A stretch of 63,922 nucleotides of DNA, filler included, from Ionaspis alba (taxonomy: Eukaryota), in the NCBI GenBank assembly GCA_964255285.1. It is 3 parts of 3 records of this genome, joined end to end, with 100 filler letters (N's around TTAATTAATTAA, not from the genome) between each part and the next. Parts side by side here need not be neighbours in the genome. Positions count along the whole stretch, not along the records: positions 44,555 to 63,922 come from CAXUUL010000268.1; 2 more parts are not named here. One strand, written 5' to 3'. Both the position numbers and the translations under genes were made by a program. Below, piece by piece: positions 63,242 through 63,922 of the stretch. The notes under the pieces were generated by a model. It had not been told where the DNA came from. It searched no databases and saw only the letters and a program-made list of their open reading frames with translations. Each line of letters begins with the position of its first letter. The first letter of the stretch is position 1.

Positions 63242-63843
63242 ATGCCTCAAGACTTGCCGCCAACCGGTGGCTACGAGCCTATACAATACAAAGTACGTCT
63301 CTTTATACCCCAGAGATAATTTAATTGCCCTCGTTCAACAGCTCCCACCTCATCCATCTCAAAGCAGGGCAATTGGCTAACCCATTCCACCAGCGCAATC
63401 TCCCCGCCCGCGGCTTCCGTCCCTCGTACTACCTCCTTGCTGTCGGTTTAATAATGACCTATGGTTTCGTGAAAGTGGGAAAGGGCATTCGGGAACACAA
63501 GTATGGCTTCTCGATCCATTGTCCATCTGGATGGGAAGAAAGACAGAGCTGATGAAGCTCGATCGATAGTGAACTAGCACGAGAAAAGATGTGGGCGCGC
63601 ATTCACCTCATCCCGGTGCTACAAGCGGAAGCGGACCGGGACTTGGTGCGGAGGCATTGGGCGGACTTGGCAAGAGAGAAGGAGTTGATGGGAAAGGAAA
63701 CGAGTGCTTATAATGGGGAACGGTATGTACATGTGCTGGGAACGGAGGTGGACTCGATGTACGGATTGAACACGAGTGCTGACGTGGAGTGTAGGTTTGT
63801 GAGACCGACATTTGCAATATCGCCACAGCACATTACGAAGTAG
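63242..63843 (+). CDS. NDUFA13: NADH:ubiquinone oxidoreductase accessory subunit GRIM-19/B16.6 (4 exons)
   Basis: MPQDLPPTGGYEPIQYK/RNLPARGFRP.../ELAREKMWARIHLIPVLQAEADRDLVRR/FVRPTF. Confidence 0.95.
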
Positions 63844-63922
63844 AAGTTGCCATTGACCTCGGCAATCATGGGTCGATGGCGTTCGAATTGGGTGTACATA
63901 GTTCATACAATGCTTTCACGTT

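Overview
Gene-dense nuclear DNA from a filamentous ascomycete (Pezizomycotina; short GT-AG introns with CTRAY branch sites), from a gappy draft assembly. Four 100-N gaps have exact 55-nt duplicated flanks, and two gaps carry artificial TTAATTAATTAA linkers. There are about 24 protein genes, mostly housekeeping: VMA9, a RING-H2 protein, RRN11, a Zn2Cys6 factor, EED, a PAS protein, PAB1, HUL5, a DJ-1/PfpI protein, a PSG1-like protein, a thioredoxin-like protein, CFT2, a CDK10/11-like kinase, PHO84, a CE4 deacetylase, an FAD monooxygenase, an NmrA-like protein, a claudin-like protein, TRM10 and GRIM-19. The standout is a tRNA-Leu(UAA) gene at 61259-61417 with all stems intact and two introns of different kinds. 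One is a normal 21-nt anticodon-loop intron. The other is a 54-nt spliceosomal-type intron (GTGAGT...ACTAAT...AAG) between T54 and U55 of the T-loop/B box, whose exact GT-AG removal restores the tRNA. Also noted: a tandem pair of small orphan membrane proteins (one with an internal stop), inverted GCACGTTTT Pho4-type sites upstream of PHO84, and a recurring C-rich to G-rich skew switch near gene ends. All calls are by eye; no database search was run.
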